From NCBI RefSeq assembly GCF_963921235.1, contig NC_086100.1, positions 204,106,001 to 204,170,000 on the forward strand: a stretch of DNA of 64,000 nt, written 5' to 3'. Position 1 is the first letter of the stretch. The number at the start of each line of letters is the position of its first letter. Shown here in pieces: positions 62,955-64,000 of this stretch. The notes beneath the pieces are model-generated. The model saw only the letters and a program-made list of their open reading frames with translations, was not told the DNA's origin and did not search any database. The translations under genes were made by a program, and so were the position numbers. Source of the stretch: Mobula hypostoma. Its lineage: Eukaryota.

Positions 62955-63309
62955 ATTACACCCAGACTCCGTCTCTCACACACACTCAATCATACACAAG
63001 TACACATAGATGCAGTCCGATTGTTAAATCATTATTGAACCAAATGGTAAGTTACAGTCCAACAGACAAACTCAACAGGTTCAGCTGCATTTGTAGAGCA
63101 GGTGGGGGACGTTGAAGAACTGTAGACAATCCCTTCCCCCAACAAACGCTGCTCAGCTCAACCCATCTGAGACCCTCCTGTAGACTATCTGTTGTCCGAG
63201 CTTCCAGCATCTCCAGACTCTGGAGTGACAGGGCTCTTGACTGGGTTCACTTCGACATCAACTGCTGCCTGTGCCTGTCTGTAGGTGTATCTGTAACTTC
63301 ACATCTTGA

Positions 63310-63755
63310 AACATTATCAGGATGAACGGCTTGTCGTGTGTGGAGTGTTTGACTGCTCTAGGCCTGTATCACTAGAATTAAGAAGAATAACGGTGAATTG
63401 ATTGAAACCTATCGAATGCTGAAACGTTTTGATCAAGTGGATGTGGAGAGAATGTTCCCTGTGGTGGGAGAGTCTCGGGCTAGAGGACACAGCAATGGCG
63501 GGAGGTGAGGGGCATCCATTTAGAATGGAGATGAGGAGAAAATTCTTTATCCAGAGAATGGAGAATCAGTTAAATTTGTTGCCACAGGCATCTGTGGAGG
63601 CCGAGTCTTTATATATATTTAAGACAGAGGTTGACAGATTCTTGATTGGTCAGGGCATGAGGGATACAGGGTGGAGATGGGGACATAGAGGAAACATGGA
63701 TCAGCCATGCTCAAATGGTGGAGCTGACTCGATGGGCCAAATGGCCTAATTCTAC
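63310..63755 (+). mobile_element. Decayed CR1 3' fragment
   Basis: HPFRMEMRRKFFIQR; 3' UTR gactcgatgggccaaatggcctaattct. Confidence 0.8.
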
Positions 63756-64000
63756 CTCAGTACTTAACTCCGTGCACTTGTATTAATAACTTTGCATTAA
63801 AACATTCGGCTGAGCGGTGAATGGGGAAGGACCAAAAATGAACTCACCAAAACCAAGGGTGCGTTACCTCATAGGGCATTTTAATGGTCTTAAGGAAGAG
63901 ATTTCAAGTTGTAGTAATGTAACTGAAATAACAGGAGACGGAGATGCCTTGACACAGGTTGCCATGGCTATCAGGAGTACAATTGTGGCAAAACTCCCCC

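Overview
Eukaryotic, repeat-saturated vertebrate DNA with no intact host protein-coding gene that I can support. The repeat families (several CR1 LINE families with short-repeat tails, Rex1/Babar with (CTATGA)n tails, L1, Penelope-like elements carrying hammerhead motifs, solo LTRs, Tc1) suggest a cartilaginous fish, probably a ray; this is an inference. Most long ORFs in the track are LINE ORF1/ORF2 pieces, their antisense shadows, or simple-repeat artefacts. Highlights: (1) a ~2 kb non-repetitive island (50.7-52.65 kb) holds a CRE/CCAAT promoter, a well-bounded small exon and a heavily decayed MHC class I-like reading frame in which alpha1/alpha2/alpha3(C1)/TM appear to be contiguous without introns; (2) an L1 insertion that is 5'-complete with an intact ORF1 but stops 21 codons into ORF2, bounded by a perfect 14-bp target-site duplication (a 3'-truncated, ORF1-only L1); (3) a Tc1 remnant closely matching Sleeping Beauty in both IR/DR and transposase, a horizontal-transfer candidate; (4) several Penelope-type minimal hammerhead ribozymes, one with an intact core; (5) a 2.6 kb G-rich 15-bp minisatellite that expanded inside a CR1; (6) multi-level nested insertions and a large imperfect CR1 palindrome. 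All alignments and similarities were judged by eye and from memory of family consensus sequences.
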